A DNA stretch of 64,000 nucleotides, from assembly GCA_009103225.1 (NCBI GenBank), contig RHPI01000385.1, positions 120,175 through 184,174 on the forward strand, in the 5' to 3' direction. Position numbers and translations under genes: made by a program. Under the pieces are notes generated by a model. The model did no database searches, had not been told where the DNA came from, and saw only the letters and a list, made by a program, of their open reading frames with translations. Origin of the DNA: Chlorokybus atmophyticus. Its lineage: Eukaryota; Plantae; Mesostigma and Chlorokybus algae. This document shows positions 1 through 13,499 of this stretch, piece after piece (within the stretch, counting starts at the first letter, position 1; each line of letters starts with the position of its first letter).

Positions 1-329
1 AGTTGGATGCAAACTTTAGCTTTGGTTAAGTGCATGTATGTTGGCACACTAGGGTGCATGTGTACTGCCTCTGATTGCTAGCTAACTACTTGTTTTTTCT
101 TTTGGGGAGGTTGGTGTGGTTGAGGAGGAGGATGTGCGGGCGTGCATGCGAGACTTTATCGCGCGGGACGTGTGTACACGCGGTGTGGAGAGACTCGTAC
201 GAAAGATAGCGTGGCTACCGTACACGCCTCGCGTGAGACAAGTACGTGTTGTGTGGGTGTGGGTGTGGGTGTGAGTGTGGGTTATTTTACCTTCTGCGTA
301 CAACGTGTACAAAATGATACCGTGTATGT

Positions 330-1437
330 TGTAGAGTGTGAAGAAGGACAAAGTTGANTTGTTGGCCAACTTGCGCAGAATCTTGGTGGCAATAAATTGG
401 CAAAGGACACACGTATTATGGTCATCCAGAGTGGGCCGGCACATCTTGGTAAGACCGCACAGCTTTTTGGGAGGCAGGTTCGTCTCCAGCACATCAATAA
501 CAGCTGGCACCAGGGCTGGAGCCAGTGTCAAGCACTGTCAACAAAATATTGACATGAAGGGTTTATTTCAAAACAGGCCACATGCCAAAACAAGCACGAG
601 GTAGCAGTTCTTACGACAGGGTCTGTGAGTTGCATGCATAGCGACCAGCACAATTGCAATACCTGCTGCTGGATGTCACCACTGAGGCGACCGCACAGTT
701 GCTTGACCAGCTCATCGGTGATTTGGTCAATGGTTTCAGGGTCGCGCAAGGCACGCTCAACCTCAGCTGTGACAATCTCACAAGTCTCACAGGCAGCCTT
801 GCCGTTGACTGCTGGGTACGCTGAAGCTTTGAAAAGTGGCACCGCGGCAATCTTGGAGTCACCTTCAGCGTGTCAAAACACCGTCAACAGCTTGCTCAGA
901 ATAGTTCAAGTGACAACGATTGACATATGCTGCTGCCAATTCAACATCAACAGCAACCTTCAGGTCTCAGCAATGCGCACACTCGTTGCCGGCACTACTC
1001 GCAATGATATTCTTCTTGCACAAAGCCAACTGCTCCTGACCATAAGCTCTAGGAGTTGCTAGCGACTGCTATCATTTAGGGCAAACAAGACGTTCTGCCA
1101 TATGCACACTGCTCTAGTGTAGCGATGCGTGCGAACACAACAATGTTGTGAGAACTAAACGTCTGTTCCAGCAATGCCTCAACCATAACTCCAGTACTCG
1201 TCCAGCTCAATTGGCCGCACCACAACAGCCTTGCAGTATTTCCATATGGGCATGTGTCTTGACACCGCTCGGCGGCAACCACTACGTAAACGCAAGCAAT
1301 AAGCGCAACAATCAGTAGTCACCTGCGATATCCCGGACAGACAGCACCGGGGCGGGCACGGCCGCCAGCAGCAGCAGCAGGGCGCAGCAGAAGGCCATCA
1401 TCCCGCTGCGCCAGGCAAGCACGGAGCCGAGCGCCAT
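330..1437 (-). CDS. Secreted saposin-repeat (prosaposin/SapB-like) protein, multi-exon; 3' end unresolved and may run further left
   Basis: Signal-peptide-like start MALGSVLAWRSGMMAFCCALLLLLAAVPA (ATG 1437) with a GT donor near 1324. Exons encode ACETCEIVTAEVERAL...LVKQLCGRL, LPPKKLCGLTKMC and NTCVLCQFIATKILRKL, the typical CxxC / P..LC..L..C saposin pattern. Confidence 0.8.
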
Positions 1438-2504
1438 ACCGGCAAAGCGAGGGAAGGCAAGGTCACGGCCAGGGAAGGACACGCAAGCCTCCAACGACAG
1501 CGGCAACTACCGCCACCGCCACCGCCCGCGCCAAACCCTCGCCTACGTGGCACTCACACAAAGCTCCGTCGCAGTGTGTTGCCTTTTGTTGCCCTTTTGG
1601 CCCCGCGAGCATAGCACAGGCTCGCGCACTGCGAACTCCCAACCGGAACCCACACCGGGGCATTCTTTTGTACAGAGCACAAGGTTCAAGCTGACATGCA
1701 TGCTGACTGCTGCTGCGCTGAGTTGCTGCTGCGCTGAGTTGCTGCTGGTGGTAGGCGTCATTCACCTTGGCACAGCAAGGGCACGTCACAGTGCACGTGT
1801 GAGGCTAGTTCCCGGGTGGTGCAGCTGTGGGCTGCGTGGTGCATGCTGCGCTGGATGAGAAAACAGGTCTTTCGTGACCAGCCACAGGTTTGGCTGTCAA
1901 TACTTGCTGTCGAATGCTGCTTCAATGCCACTTCCCTGTCAAATATCGGCGCATGTAATGGCCTGCATACTCTCTGGCGGATCTCTGGAAGCGTTCGTGG
2001 CAGTGCAGGCTTCCCACGTTCCGAATGTGTACATGTACATTCCTGCTGTCAGCTTCTAATGCCAAGTTTACCGTGACAGCGTGTTTGAGTCGCTGTGAAG
2101 TCTCCTTTCAGCTGCAATGCACTTGTAATCGTCGTTGGAGCCTGCCCAGAAGAGAGTTCTGGCTTGCAACAAGCGTCGGATAACACATGACTTGCTGCCA
2201 ACAGTTGAACTAGTCAGGCCTTCACCTAGTGGCCCGGGGCGAGAGGCTCCTCGCGTGCAGTGTTGTCAAAGTGCTTGGCGCATCCTGAAAGGTAGCCTCA
2301 AGCGCATTAATCGAGTAGCCTCAATGCCAGATGAGTAACTTGTTTGCTACGTACTGAGAGTAACACAGCAACCTCTGTCCCAAGGCAGTAGCAGGCCAAA
2401 CAGTTTGCTCAGCAGGTTGCATACCCCTGCTGGCATTGATGTGCCCGCATGCATGTACATATATATGCAGCTTAGTTCAAACACTGCCAATCACAGGAGT
2501 GGCC

Positions 2505-5500
2505 ATGCTGCACTGGATGGGAGGCTTCCGCAAAAAGGCCAAGGAGGTGCGGAGACAGTGTGTGGCATGTTCGTGCTTGTGTGGGTCTGCGCACATATGT
2601 GATGGATGCTGCGCGAGGGGAGGGGGGGGGAAGAGGAGGGGGCGGGGGGCTGCGTGCAAGGTTGTTTTGTCGTGATCCGAGAGCGCACTGCTTGCATGGC
2701 ATGCAAGCACACATGCAACGCGCACCAACACATGCACATCCCGGGGCAGGCGGTGTTGTGTGTGTTGCGTGCGTACATGCGTGCGTGCGTGTATGTGTGA
2801 GGACGCTGAGTATGAGGCAGTTTGTAAGTGACTGACGCGGTACCTGCCCATGTATATATTTGAACAGCCGTGGTGACTTGTGTGCGTGTGTGGTGTGCTG
2901 TCATACAGTATAGTGTAGCAGCGCACGTGCAAACACAGGGCACAGCAACGGTTGGCTTGTCTGTCCACGCCTCCTGGATCCTCGCTGCTAGCATCATGAT
3001 GGTAACAATGACAAAATTGCAGAAGCAGACAGTGCAAGAGAAGCAGCGCAAGTTCTTTTCACAGAAACGCCAATCTGGAGGAATCAGTGGCAACCAAGTG
3101 ACAGTTGGCAGAGCGTCTCTACCCAAGCTTGGAAAGTTGGCGACTTCGCTAGATGTTGCTGCAATTCAAGCCTCTCTGCGCAAGTTGCCAGGCAGGTACC
3201 CAGCAACTCCGGTTGTAAATCGCAAGCAGAAGCGTGTGGAACGACCTACTACACCAGGTAACTGTCTTGGCATTGGCTGTTTACTTGGCTTGATTGGCAT
3301 GACACAATCGTCCCTTCGTCTGCAGCATCTCCTCCTCGCAATGAGTCAATGGAAAAAATTAAGCCGTGGGAGCAGCAGTATGATGCGCATCAGAGCCTGG
3401 AGGCAAATGACACAGACAATGCCTGCAGACCTGCCTCAAACAGGGTTGAGCCAAGGTAACTTTGATGTATTCCTTCACAACCATCATTAACCTTCCAGAA
3501 GACTGCACACCAGTTGCCTGCAAAACAGCAGCTACCAGACAATTGTCCGATGCACACAGACGCACCAGGATGCCATTGGGGATTGTGTCAATCCCCAAGT
3601 TTGAGTTGCCGCATCAGGATGACAGTGTTGGTGAACCAGTGCTTCAAGCAGCAACGAAACCAACAATTGCTCAGCGTGGGAGGTCAACAGCCCAGAACAA
3701 CCTGCGCACACACTTTCCTGCAGAGCGTACGCCAGTGCCAAAGCCAGCAAAACGAGGCTTCCCATTAGAACAACACCAAGGCTACAGAGGTCAGCAAAGT
3801 ACTGTCTTTGTCATGAACATGTGCAGCCAGCCGGTTGTGGCATCACAGACTGTGGTTGAATCACCATAGGTACAGAAACATTGCCTGCCGTCTCTAACTG
3901 CAATGGATCTGTTTCAGAGACAGCAAGAGACGTCTTCTCCATACTTGAAGCCAGTGCTGCAGCAGAACGCTCACAGCGCCAGACTGCTCAAAGTCTGGAG
4001 CGCCCAATTGGCCTACATACCGCGTACGACGGTTACCCAAAAGAGCGGACCAGCAACCAGCCTGAGCGAGTGTTGCAAACAGCTGCTGACCATGCATCCA
4101 GGTACACGGCATCGGACACAAGCTGAACCGCACTGCAGGTGCTGCTGTTGGTAATGCACATTATTCACACCGCTCACAACTGTACATGCAGCCAACCAGT
4201 GTCACGGCTAGCATCGCACTACCAGCCATCCCTACAAGAGTCGAGATACGCAGGTCATGTCCAGGTAGCCACATGGAACACTGTTGAGCATGCATGGCAT
4301 ATGCCATCTGTATGCATACTCCAGTCGTCACCCCTGCTGCGTAGAGGGTGGCGACTGGAATGGTAACCGTTTGTGAGCATGCATCCAGCAACTCAAATCG
4401 TGTACGCAGAATGCGCCTCCGCAAAGTGCTTTGCGGCAAGACTACGTCTCAGCAGGCAGTGACTTCCAGCCTGTCAAAAGCTATAGGTTTCACAACGATA
4501 CTGAGGCATCACACATGCCAGGAACGCCGCTGACCTGGCAGCTGAAGCCCTCTAGCAGAAGCCCAAATCTCAGCGACCACCGACGGCACGCGTTCATGTA
4601 CCAGGAGCACACACATGATGATAGCAACCTGCACATTGAGCAGCTGACACAACGGGACCACGAAGACAACACTGCATCACCAGCGCAGTCAGAATTGATA
4701 TCGTGCGCGTTCGGTGATAGAGATCGTTGGCAATTATTGTACACAACTGCTCCACTTCTGTCTTCTATGCATTGGTCTCCAGCTGGCCACTCGCCAAGTG
4801 CGAGACAATTTGGCGAAGCGGAGAGACATGTGGAGTCTGTGTACATGCCTGAAGCGCTGCTGTCCCCTGTACGGTGGTCTCCATCGTCTGCGCATCCGCT
4901 GCACACGAGAGTTGATGATGATCTGGTAGCACCACTTGACAGACGGTTAGCACATACTGAGGTCAACAACTTGGAGCACGATGCGCTGCACCAGCTCAAC
5001 TGCAGGTACCCTACCCATGAGGACAAAGCAGGTCATGGACGGTCAGCACTTGCACACCGCTCGCAGCACACATATGGCGGGAATTCCTTTCCACGGGGAA
5101 CCATTGATGCTCGGATCAGGATTGGCCAAGAATCACCCAACATGACACAACTTGATGACTACATGGAGACCCGTGTGCAGTCGCCGTACTTGCCTAAAAT
5201 GTTGCAGAATGCTAGTCAGCGCGCTTCATTGGTGCCCATCTCACCTCGCATGGTACATCACGCTGACTTCCTGTCACCCTTCAGTACACTTGACAAGCTG
5301 GACGACGAGCAAGATTTCGGAGTACCAGGTGACGGGTGCACTGCATGTCCTGAAGGCGATGCCTTTCTGCCATCAGCTATGCGAGTGGACCTCTTAGCAG
5401 GTCGGACCCACGACGAACCATGGCAAAACAGTGCTGGCGTGATGAACCCCGCCATCAGACCTAATCTTGACTCCTTGACCCCCCGAGAACGCAAGGCCAG

Positions 5501-7364
5501 AAGTTACTCTACTGAGGCTGTTCTCGATGCGTTCAACAGCAAGGCAGTGGACTCAGAGACATTCTCTGGTACTGGCACGTCTGGTGCAGGCAACACGCTC
5601 CCGATGACATCAGTTGTTCTGCATCATGCAGCTGCTGGCATGCAGGAGCCCGCCATCAGCCTTGGTCTCGACTCTCTAAGTCCCCATGGGGGCCACGCCA
5701 CAAGATACTCTACCGAGGCTGCATTGGATGTCTTCAACAGCAGAGTAGTGAACTTTGAGACCGGTGCTGGTACCACTTGTGTAGCCTCCAAGCTCGCAAC
5801 AACGCCAATTCGTTTGCGTGGTACAGTACGCTCAAAGTCTTCAAGTCCGTCATGGACTCAGCTGTATGCACGCGACAACGCAAAGTTGGCAGTGAAATCA
5901 AGTGGACCCTCGCCATACTCGCCTTCACTTACTCACACAGAGCAAGCTGCTTCTTGTCCTGTGGCTGAGCCCGGCGTTTCTACTTTTTGGTATGAAGACC
6001 TGAGGGCAGATGACGATGACCAACCAGTCGAGAATCAAGCAGATGTTGAAACAACGGCACCAACCTGGCAGCCTGGCAGCCTATCAACATTACTGAGACA
6101 CCAACACCATGCGGCTCAAGCAGCACATCCAGATCTTGTGCGCGAGCTCATGCGCTCACCGGCTAAAAGCCAAGACCAGCACGTTCTCAAGCACTTCCAC
6201 GCTGATCTCCAACCCGCGACGCTTCACTCTGGTTCATATCCCGCAAGTCCCTCATGGAGTCGGCTGTATGCTCACGACAGCTCAGGTCCGCCGGTGGCAC
6301 AGAAGCGACCAGTGTCATATGCACCGTCATTTGCCAACACAGTACAACCAGCTGCGCACATACACGCTACCAGTGCACTTGATGGGGCTAAGTCGCGTAG
6401 AGTGCTGCTGGAAGACCTGTTGCAGGCTGACGACCAAGCACAGAATGACACTGGAGGCTATACAAGAGAGGTGTTTCAACCTGAACAACTTGAGAGCTTT
6501 TCATACTTGCTACAATGCAACCCTGCTGCACCACACTTTGACACTGTCCAGGAGTCGCTACGCTCACCTCCCGCGTACATGCAAGTTGACTGCCAAGCTA
6601 CCGTATCGCGTATTTGCAACGCCTTCACTGATGCCCAGACGTCACTCAAGTCGAGTGATGACACAGAGACACAAAAGAGCTTTCGCATCCGACGGGGTCC
6701 ATGGCTGCACACTGATAGGGGAGGTTTTGCAGAGAGCGCTCAATCCAAGCCTTCCATCACAGCACGCACTAGCCCAACAGCCAACCCAATGTTGCCCAAC
6801 AACCTTCACCCTACAGCGCTGAAGGACAACAACATCAATGAGTACGGGACACACTTCCCATTGCAGAAGATGGCTGCAGTGGTCGCCAAACAGCATGCGA
6901 AAGTACTTCCTCCAACAGCACATCCTGCCAGCGAGCTGCCTGAAAAGCAGCAAAAAGTCGCCAAGGGAGCTGAGAAAGCTGTTTCTGAGCAACCTTCGAC
7001 GCAACGGGACACACAGTCAACAACCACATCAAAACCACCAGGTGGCAAATTGGATGTGGTATTGACCGCAGAGCCTGCAGCTGCTGAGATTCTACTTGAC
7101 GGCAGGCAAACGGACACGCCACAAGTAAATGCGCATGACGGACAGGTGCCACAACTGCAAGTTGACACGGCAAGCAGTGCTTGTATGCGCAATGCACAAG
7201 ACGCAGCGCCCGTCAACAAGCCAGACAACACACGCTCGGACTGCGATCACCATGAGTTGCCACCGCACCTGACTCAAACCAGGGGCCAACGTGCTGTAGC
7301 ATTAGCAAAAGCCGCATGTACAGAGTCAGCTGGTAGCAAGCAGACTGTTAATTCTGTATGTTGA
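2505..7364 (+). CDS. HEIP1/REDIC1 (C12orf40)-like protein: conserved N-terminal motif followed by a long low-complexity region
   Basis: Exon 1 (2505-2546, MLHWMGGFRKKAKE, GT donor) splices in phase 0 to 3023 (KQTVQEKQRKFFSQKRQ). This resembles the plant HEIP1 start MLQWMGGSRRKV...KRQKQYFEQRK, recalled from memory. Small middle exons were not fully resolved. The 977-codon ORF 4431-7364 is taken as the terminal exon by inference. Confidence 0.6.
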
Positions 7365-7618
7365 CCTTGCGAGGCAGCGGCCAACCACTTGCCTCGTGGA
7401 AAGCATACCCCAGTGAGCAAGCACATGTTGTTAACTCAATCAATATCTGCATCTAGAGTCCCAGACTACAGCGCAGAGTACAGAAAACTCTGCTATTCAG
7501 GTGGAGCGGAGTTATGTACAATTGAGCAATTGGTCTCAATTGGCTTGCGCAAACTGTGAACCTCTGAACAGAGGACCTGACTAGTGTACATACAAAAGAG
7601 GGACGCATCGAATGCTCA

Positions 7619-9452
7619 TCACCCGGACCAGAACAACGCCTGATTCTCCACCAGCATGCTGAGCAGTGTCTTGCGTGGCCATGACTGCCACACCACAGGC
7701 AACTGTCTCAGTGGTTGCAGCATGTGAGCTCGCATTTTGGCTTTGTTGAGGACAGTACAAACCTCCTTATAAGGGATTCCCTTTTGCCGCAATGCCTGCT
7801 TAATCGCTGATGCCGTGACCCTCCCGGTGTCAATCCCCACTACGTCGTGCAGAATCTGAATAACATGCAATGGCTGATCAAGTTTGCATAATGTAATTGT
7901 CAGGTGACAGCATGCAATGGTAGCAATACCGCTTTTTGCAAAATGGTATGGCCATTTATTACCATCTTCAACAGCATTGCATCATGCAACAGCTTGTGTA
8001 AGACAGTTGCGACCCGTACCTCTCTTGCGATACTCTCCTCGTCCTCTGGCGGTGTGTGCACAACCCCAAAGTCCTACATGTCACCAGCATAGCATGTAAC
8101 TCGTTGTCTTACATGACAACCACCAATGCCAAGTCCTCACTCTCTTACCTCAGATACCTCAGAAGTGAAGTCAAACGGGTCCTCCTCCTCCTCCTCCTCG
8201 TTGTCGTCGCCCAGGAGTTTGCGCCCTGCGCCAACCTCATCCTGACTGATGCCGACGGCAGTGACACCTTCTTCATCAACATCGTCGAGGAACGGGTCGT
8301 TGTCGTCCGCACCAGCATAAAATGCTTTGTCCTCGACCAGATGATAGCCCGTATCGGAAGCACTCACATCATCCTCATCTTGGCGCGCACCCGGGTTGCC
8401 AAGCGATGGCCTTTCGGGCTCAACATCCTCGTCAAAGTAGATCTGTACAACAACCAGTAAATGTATCAGACTCCACAACACTACGCACAACACCATACCA
8501 AACAGTATAACAAATACGCACCATGCCTCCATGCATGCACACTGCATGTACATGAAAAGGGTGTGCCATATTTTGATACTCTGGATCAACCTTAAGGCGC
8601 CCTGTTTGGTCATGTGCGACTGGCCTGATAGTGTTCGCTGCCGTCACCGTACTCGTCCAAGGCTTTCGAGTACAGGCTTTCAAGCTCCTCATCCTGCCAC
8701 GCTCCACGCGGCTGAGGTGCCAGCCGGTCCCTCAGTGTCATGGGTGGTACAGGCAATCGATCCTCCTGCTTGGCATTGTTCTTTCTCTTCTGCTTGCGTG
8801 TTACCTGCAACATGTTCAGAATGCAAAAGTCATTTAATGCTTCATGCGCGTGGCGGTCAAGAGCCTCTTTCCCAAAATCATCTTCAGGTGCGCTGAATCA
8901 ACCACACTAGGACAACTGTGCTGAGTTTGCAGTTCAGGAACACTCAAGACAATCAGTTATGCATGCATGCAGGCGTGTATATACATGCATACTGCAGTAT
9001 ATACACACCGCACACTCGTATCAGCAAACACTTGTGCACAGCTCTCTATAGTACAAGAGGTAACAATCAATCCAAATACGCAAATTACCACAAGAACCAC
9101 ATTCAGCAGCCACATGCGCTCACCCCATTGCTCTCCTCCAAATCGTCCATTGCGTCGGGCACCCCGCTAGCACGCACCGAGAACACTACTACCTTAGGGG
9201 GCACCATCCATCTCCTGTTGTTCTTCCTCATACTCCTCGCCGACATCGGTGACGACGTCACCGGTGTCGGCGCCCTCTTGCTGCTGGACAGCATGAACAC
9301 CTCCACCCTCTACACAGCACAACAGTCTCACTACAGTCACACACCATCAGAAAATAAGCAAGGTCTTGCCAAGACAGTGCAAATACCGTCGACAATAGTA
9401 CAAGAGACACATGGTGTACCTGGCCGACTCCCATCGCCGCCGCCGCCGCCAT
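7619..9452 (-). CDS. Unknown protein, probable chloroplast transit peptide, acidic middle, C-terminal helix-extension-helix (SAP/Rho_N-like) motif
   Basis: About eight exons join in frame through GT-AG introns: MAAAAAMGVGQ|RVEVFMLSSSKR...VVFSVRASG...|...DEYG|GRLKVDPEYQNMAHPFH|IYFDEDVE...|DFGVVHTPPEDEESIARE|ILHDVVGIDTGRVTASAIKQALRQKGIPYKE|SWPRKTLLSMLVE...*. Confidence 0.6.
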
Positions 9453-9592
9453 GTTGGCATGCACAGCGCTCTGCATGTGAGTGACAGCAGCAATGGTATG
9501 CTGACGCAAGGTCGGTTGTGCCGGTTCCGGATTTGAACAAATCAAAGTCGAAACAGGTCCACGGAACTAGGCTTTGCGAGATCGGGTTCGTA

Positions 9593-9608
9593 TTTGGGTT
9601 AGGGTTAG
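9593..9608. promoter_or_regulatory. Telomere-like repeat (telo-box-like) in the short divergent promoter
   Basis: TTTGGGTTAGGGTTAG lies in the 275-bp gap between head-to-head ATGs at 9452 and 9728. Confidence 0.35.
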
Positions 9609-9727
9609 CACTTGGTGGAACGTCGTGCATTTACTGTGGTGAGGCCGGACGAAGCGGCGGCGCTGGGGTGCCGTCGTGGTTGTGGTTGTAAGGGTGGTTG
9701 TTGGTTTAATTGTGCAGTTGAGTGGGG

Positions 9728-12623
9728 ATGGCTTCCTGGGCAGACAAGGCGGAGGAGTCTGAAGGGGACGAGCCGCTGCCGCCGCCTCCGCCTCCTGGGT
9801 TTGAGGACGTCCTGGCTGGGACGCATAAGCCTGATGAAGAAGCGCTGGCTCGTGAGGTATGGCGTTAACGATGAGGGTCGACGTCTGCCACGTTTAGTAC
9901 TTGATGACGTGACGCACTTTGTTCATCTAGTCAATTGCAAGCTATGAATCGATTGTAGGAGCATCCACCTCTGCATGCATGTGTGCAATCTTAGTATATA
10001 CATGTCACACCGTATTTCAGTTGGTGTAATTGGTTATTGCTTTTGTATTCAGGTGGAGAGTTTGGGCGTCTCAGAAGATAAAGGAGCTGTAGATGAGCCC
10101 ACCATGAACCTCCCTAGCGACAAGTTGAATCCCGACACAGAAACACCTGAGACGGAGATAAAGAAGGTGTCTATGCTATTGTATTTATTGCCCCGGTAGC
10201 CCTCTATAGGGCGCCCAAGCAGTCTATGACTTCTGCCCTGCGTACTGGTTGTCATGCATGCCTGCTTGTGCTTCCCACAGTGCAAACATACACGTAGTTT
10301 CTGCTGCTTACTGTAGTGTCTCTGTCACGCATGGACTCTTGTGCAAATGCCTTGGCAGGGTTTGAGAGTTTTCTCTGCGTCTATACGTAGGTTTACGCCA
10401 ATGACACACCATATACGTCCGCCAAGAGTTTTGAGGACCTGTCCTTGAGTGAGGAGTTGCTGAGGGGACTCTACTCGGAGATGAACTTTGAACGGCCGTC
10501 GCGGATCCAAGCGGATACCCTTCCTATGATTCTCAACCCTCCGTATGCAAACCTCATTGCACAGGTACAGTTATTTGGGGGTTTAGTCAAATGGCGGGTT
10601 GCATGCATGCTCCTGCAGCTTTGAATAACGCTACTTGAACACATGCAGGCGCACAATGGCAGCGGGAAGACCACATGCTTTGTGTTGGGCATGCTAAGTA
10701 GAGTGGACCCCAAGTTGAGGCAACCACAAGCACTGTGCATATGCCCGACACGTGAACTAGTCCTGCAGGTGCGATGCGCGTGCACACGTTCCTGGCCCGT
10801 TGTTGTTTTGTAAACGTTGTGTGAGGCATTGCTGCACATGGTATGTTGGCAGTAGTAGCGAGCATTGTCAACCACTCATGTGCCTTGTCGCAGAACAGCG
10901 CCGTGTTGAGTAAGATGGGCAAATATACGGGCATCACCTGTCACATCACCGCAGATGATGACAGTTCCAGGCCATCCTACTCAAGGTCGGAAAAGATTGC
11001 GGATCAGATTGTGATTGGCACGCCGGGCAAGTTGAAAAACTGGATAACGAAAACCCGCACCCTCCCCACCAAATACATCAAAGTGTTGGTCTTTGACGAG
11101 GCTGATCAGATGATGGATCGTGTATGTATGAAGTAGATTGTGTACTCTTTGCTTGTTGCGTCTGCCGTGCACGCTTGCAACTCACATCAAATGTATAAAC
11201 AGGAGGGCTTTGCCGATGACTCGATACGAATGATGCGTGAGATCCAAAAGAACAGCAGCCAGTGCCAGGTAAATGCATATGCTGCTATCTGCCTTTCTGG
11301 ATGCCTAGCTTGTATGTCGCTGAACACCAATCTTTCCCGTCATTAGGTCTGCTGATGGACTCTTCTGCATCAGGTGTTGCTGTTCTCTGCTACATTCAAT
11401 GATAAAGTCAAGAGCTTTGCGCTGCGGCATGTCCCAAATGCTAACAATGTGAGTCATATGCTCGCGTGTGCAGTTGCCTTTGTTTGCTCCTTGTTCACGG
11501 TGTCTGTGCAGGTGTTTGTACCCAAAGAAGACCTATCGCTGGATGTTATCAAGCAGTATAGAGTGGTAAGCCTTGCACCGTGTCCTTAGCGCATGTGCCA
11601 TAACTTGCATATTACGGCTGCATGAGATTTGCCCTCAATTGAACTGGCTTGCCTGCTATTGCAGGTCTGCCCAACTCCACAAGCCAAGGGCGATGTTCTA
11701 AAGAACACCATCCTTCCCTTATGTGAAAATCTGGGCCAAACCATCATCTTTGTGCGAACACGAGAAAATGCACGACTGCTGCACAGAGAGTAAGCGAGCA
11801 TAGTAGCCATGACCGTTCTCAGTCGGCAGAGTCTTAACAAACTGCATCATCAGGATGACAGCGGAAGGCCATAAAGTTACTTCAATAGAGGGAGGGATGC
11901 AATTTGAGGACAGGGATCGTGTGGTTAATGAGTTCAGGGCAGGCACCACCAAGGTATTGCATGCTAAGCACAGTAAGTTCTGAGCCTGCTTTGGGTAAGT
12001 ACTGTCGGGCGAGCCTGCAGCTTACTTCTATCTGTACTTGTCACTTGGTCAGATTCTCATCTCAACAGATGTGTTGGCTCGCGGCTTTGACCAAGCCCAG
12101 GTACGTGCATTCTGCCAGCATTAGCACTCGCACTGTTACTCGTGCGAATTGTCATAACATGATTGGGGACACTGCTCAGGTCACCCTTGTCATCAACTAT
12201 GATGTCCCAGTGGATCGGAACTTCCAACATCCAGCGTACGAGACGTATCTTCATAGGATAGGTCGCAGTGGGCGCTTCGGGCGCAAAGGTATGTTAACGA
12301 ACCCAGCATGCATGCGAGATACCTGTGCAGTTCAAAGTCAAAGTCAGCTTGACGGACTAAGGGGTGCTGTGCAGGTGCGGCGTTTAATTTGGTGACAGGC
12401 AACAAAGAAGTTGCCATCCTCAACCAAATCGAACAATACTTTCAACACGCCATTCCCGAGGTAAGCGGTTGACAGCATGGGTACTTGCTTCGTTGTGAGC
12501 AAGAGTCCGCTGCCGAAGTGAGCTAGCACGCATGGTTCCAACCATGCCCCGTACTTTATGCAGGTTCCATTTGGGGACGATGATGCATTTGAGCGTGTTT
12601 TGAAAGAAGCTGGACTGGCATAG
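9728..12623 (+). CDS. DBP5: DEAD-box RNA helicase Dbp5/DDX19/LOS4 (mRNA export)
   Basis: Spliced exons give [20 protein letters not shown] (Q motif), [38 protein letters not shown] and [18 protein letters not shown]. The Dbp5-specific [13 protein letters not shown] and [10 protein letters not shown] are present. Ends EAGLA-TAG at 12623. Confidence 0.95.
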
Positions 12624-13499
12624 TTCTTGCTATGGTTGAGTTGTTGTTCCCTGAGGTGCATGCGCCTGCTTCATTCTGTGTTGCAGTGGCTGCACGGTAA
12701 CGCACGTTGGTTGAGCTGCTTGACCTTCAAGTCCAACCAATGTCATCACAGTCAATATGTCAGTCGTGCATGGCTTGTGGTGGTTGCTGCTGTAATCAAT
12801 CACTTGCTACCACCGTCCCCTCTGCCTTTCTGATGCCTTGCATGCTCTCAACATGAGTTTTTGCATACAAAGCATGCGATGTGGTGCATGTGAACATGCA
12901 GTCATGCACTGCAACAGTCAGCAAGCAGGCAGTCACAGCCATTGTATTGCACCATCGGGCTATACAATTCAACTCTACTTATCTTCACTACTGCCCCACC
13001 TCGTTCATGCATCATGTTATATGCATGATGTTGGCGGTTATATTTACTTACCCATAACTTGGTTGCGGTAGTTCAGCATGCAGCGGTGTCAACAATAAGC
13101 GAGACTTCCTCTCCCTCCGCTCCATCCCTCTCCATGTCCCTCTCCGCCCTCTTTTCCCCACTTGTCGTCACTCGCTGCTCCGCCATTGAAATGCTTGTCC
13201 AGCTGCTGAAGGCCCGGGGCAGGCCCGAGAGGGGCCCCTCTGCCCAACAAACTGTATCATCAGTGACATAAGCGTTCGCTATCAGCGCTGCAACCATAGC
13301 TTAACTATGCCCAACGGCACACCACAAACACACTACCCATCATGCTAAGCGAGCGATGTGTCTGCCTCAGTATTTGGAAGGCCTTGAGCCACAGGACCCC
13401 ATCCCGGTACCGCTGCCACCGCCGCAACCCCACGCTCCTATATCGTTAGCGCATGTGCCCGTTGTAAGGCGCATGCCACACGCTGAAGGCTGATGCGGA

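Noticed and set aside
9190-9310. Apparent in-frame TAA suggesting TAA/TAG = Gln (as in some ulvophytes)
   Set aside because: A different frame splices cleanly, and DBP5 (TAG) and the metacaspase (TAA) end at their expected C-termini, so the code is standard.
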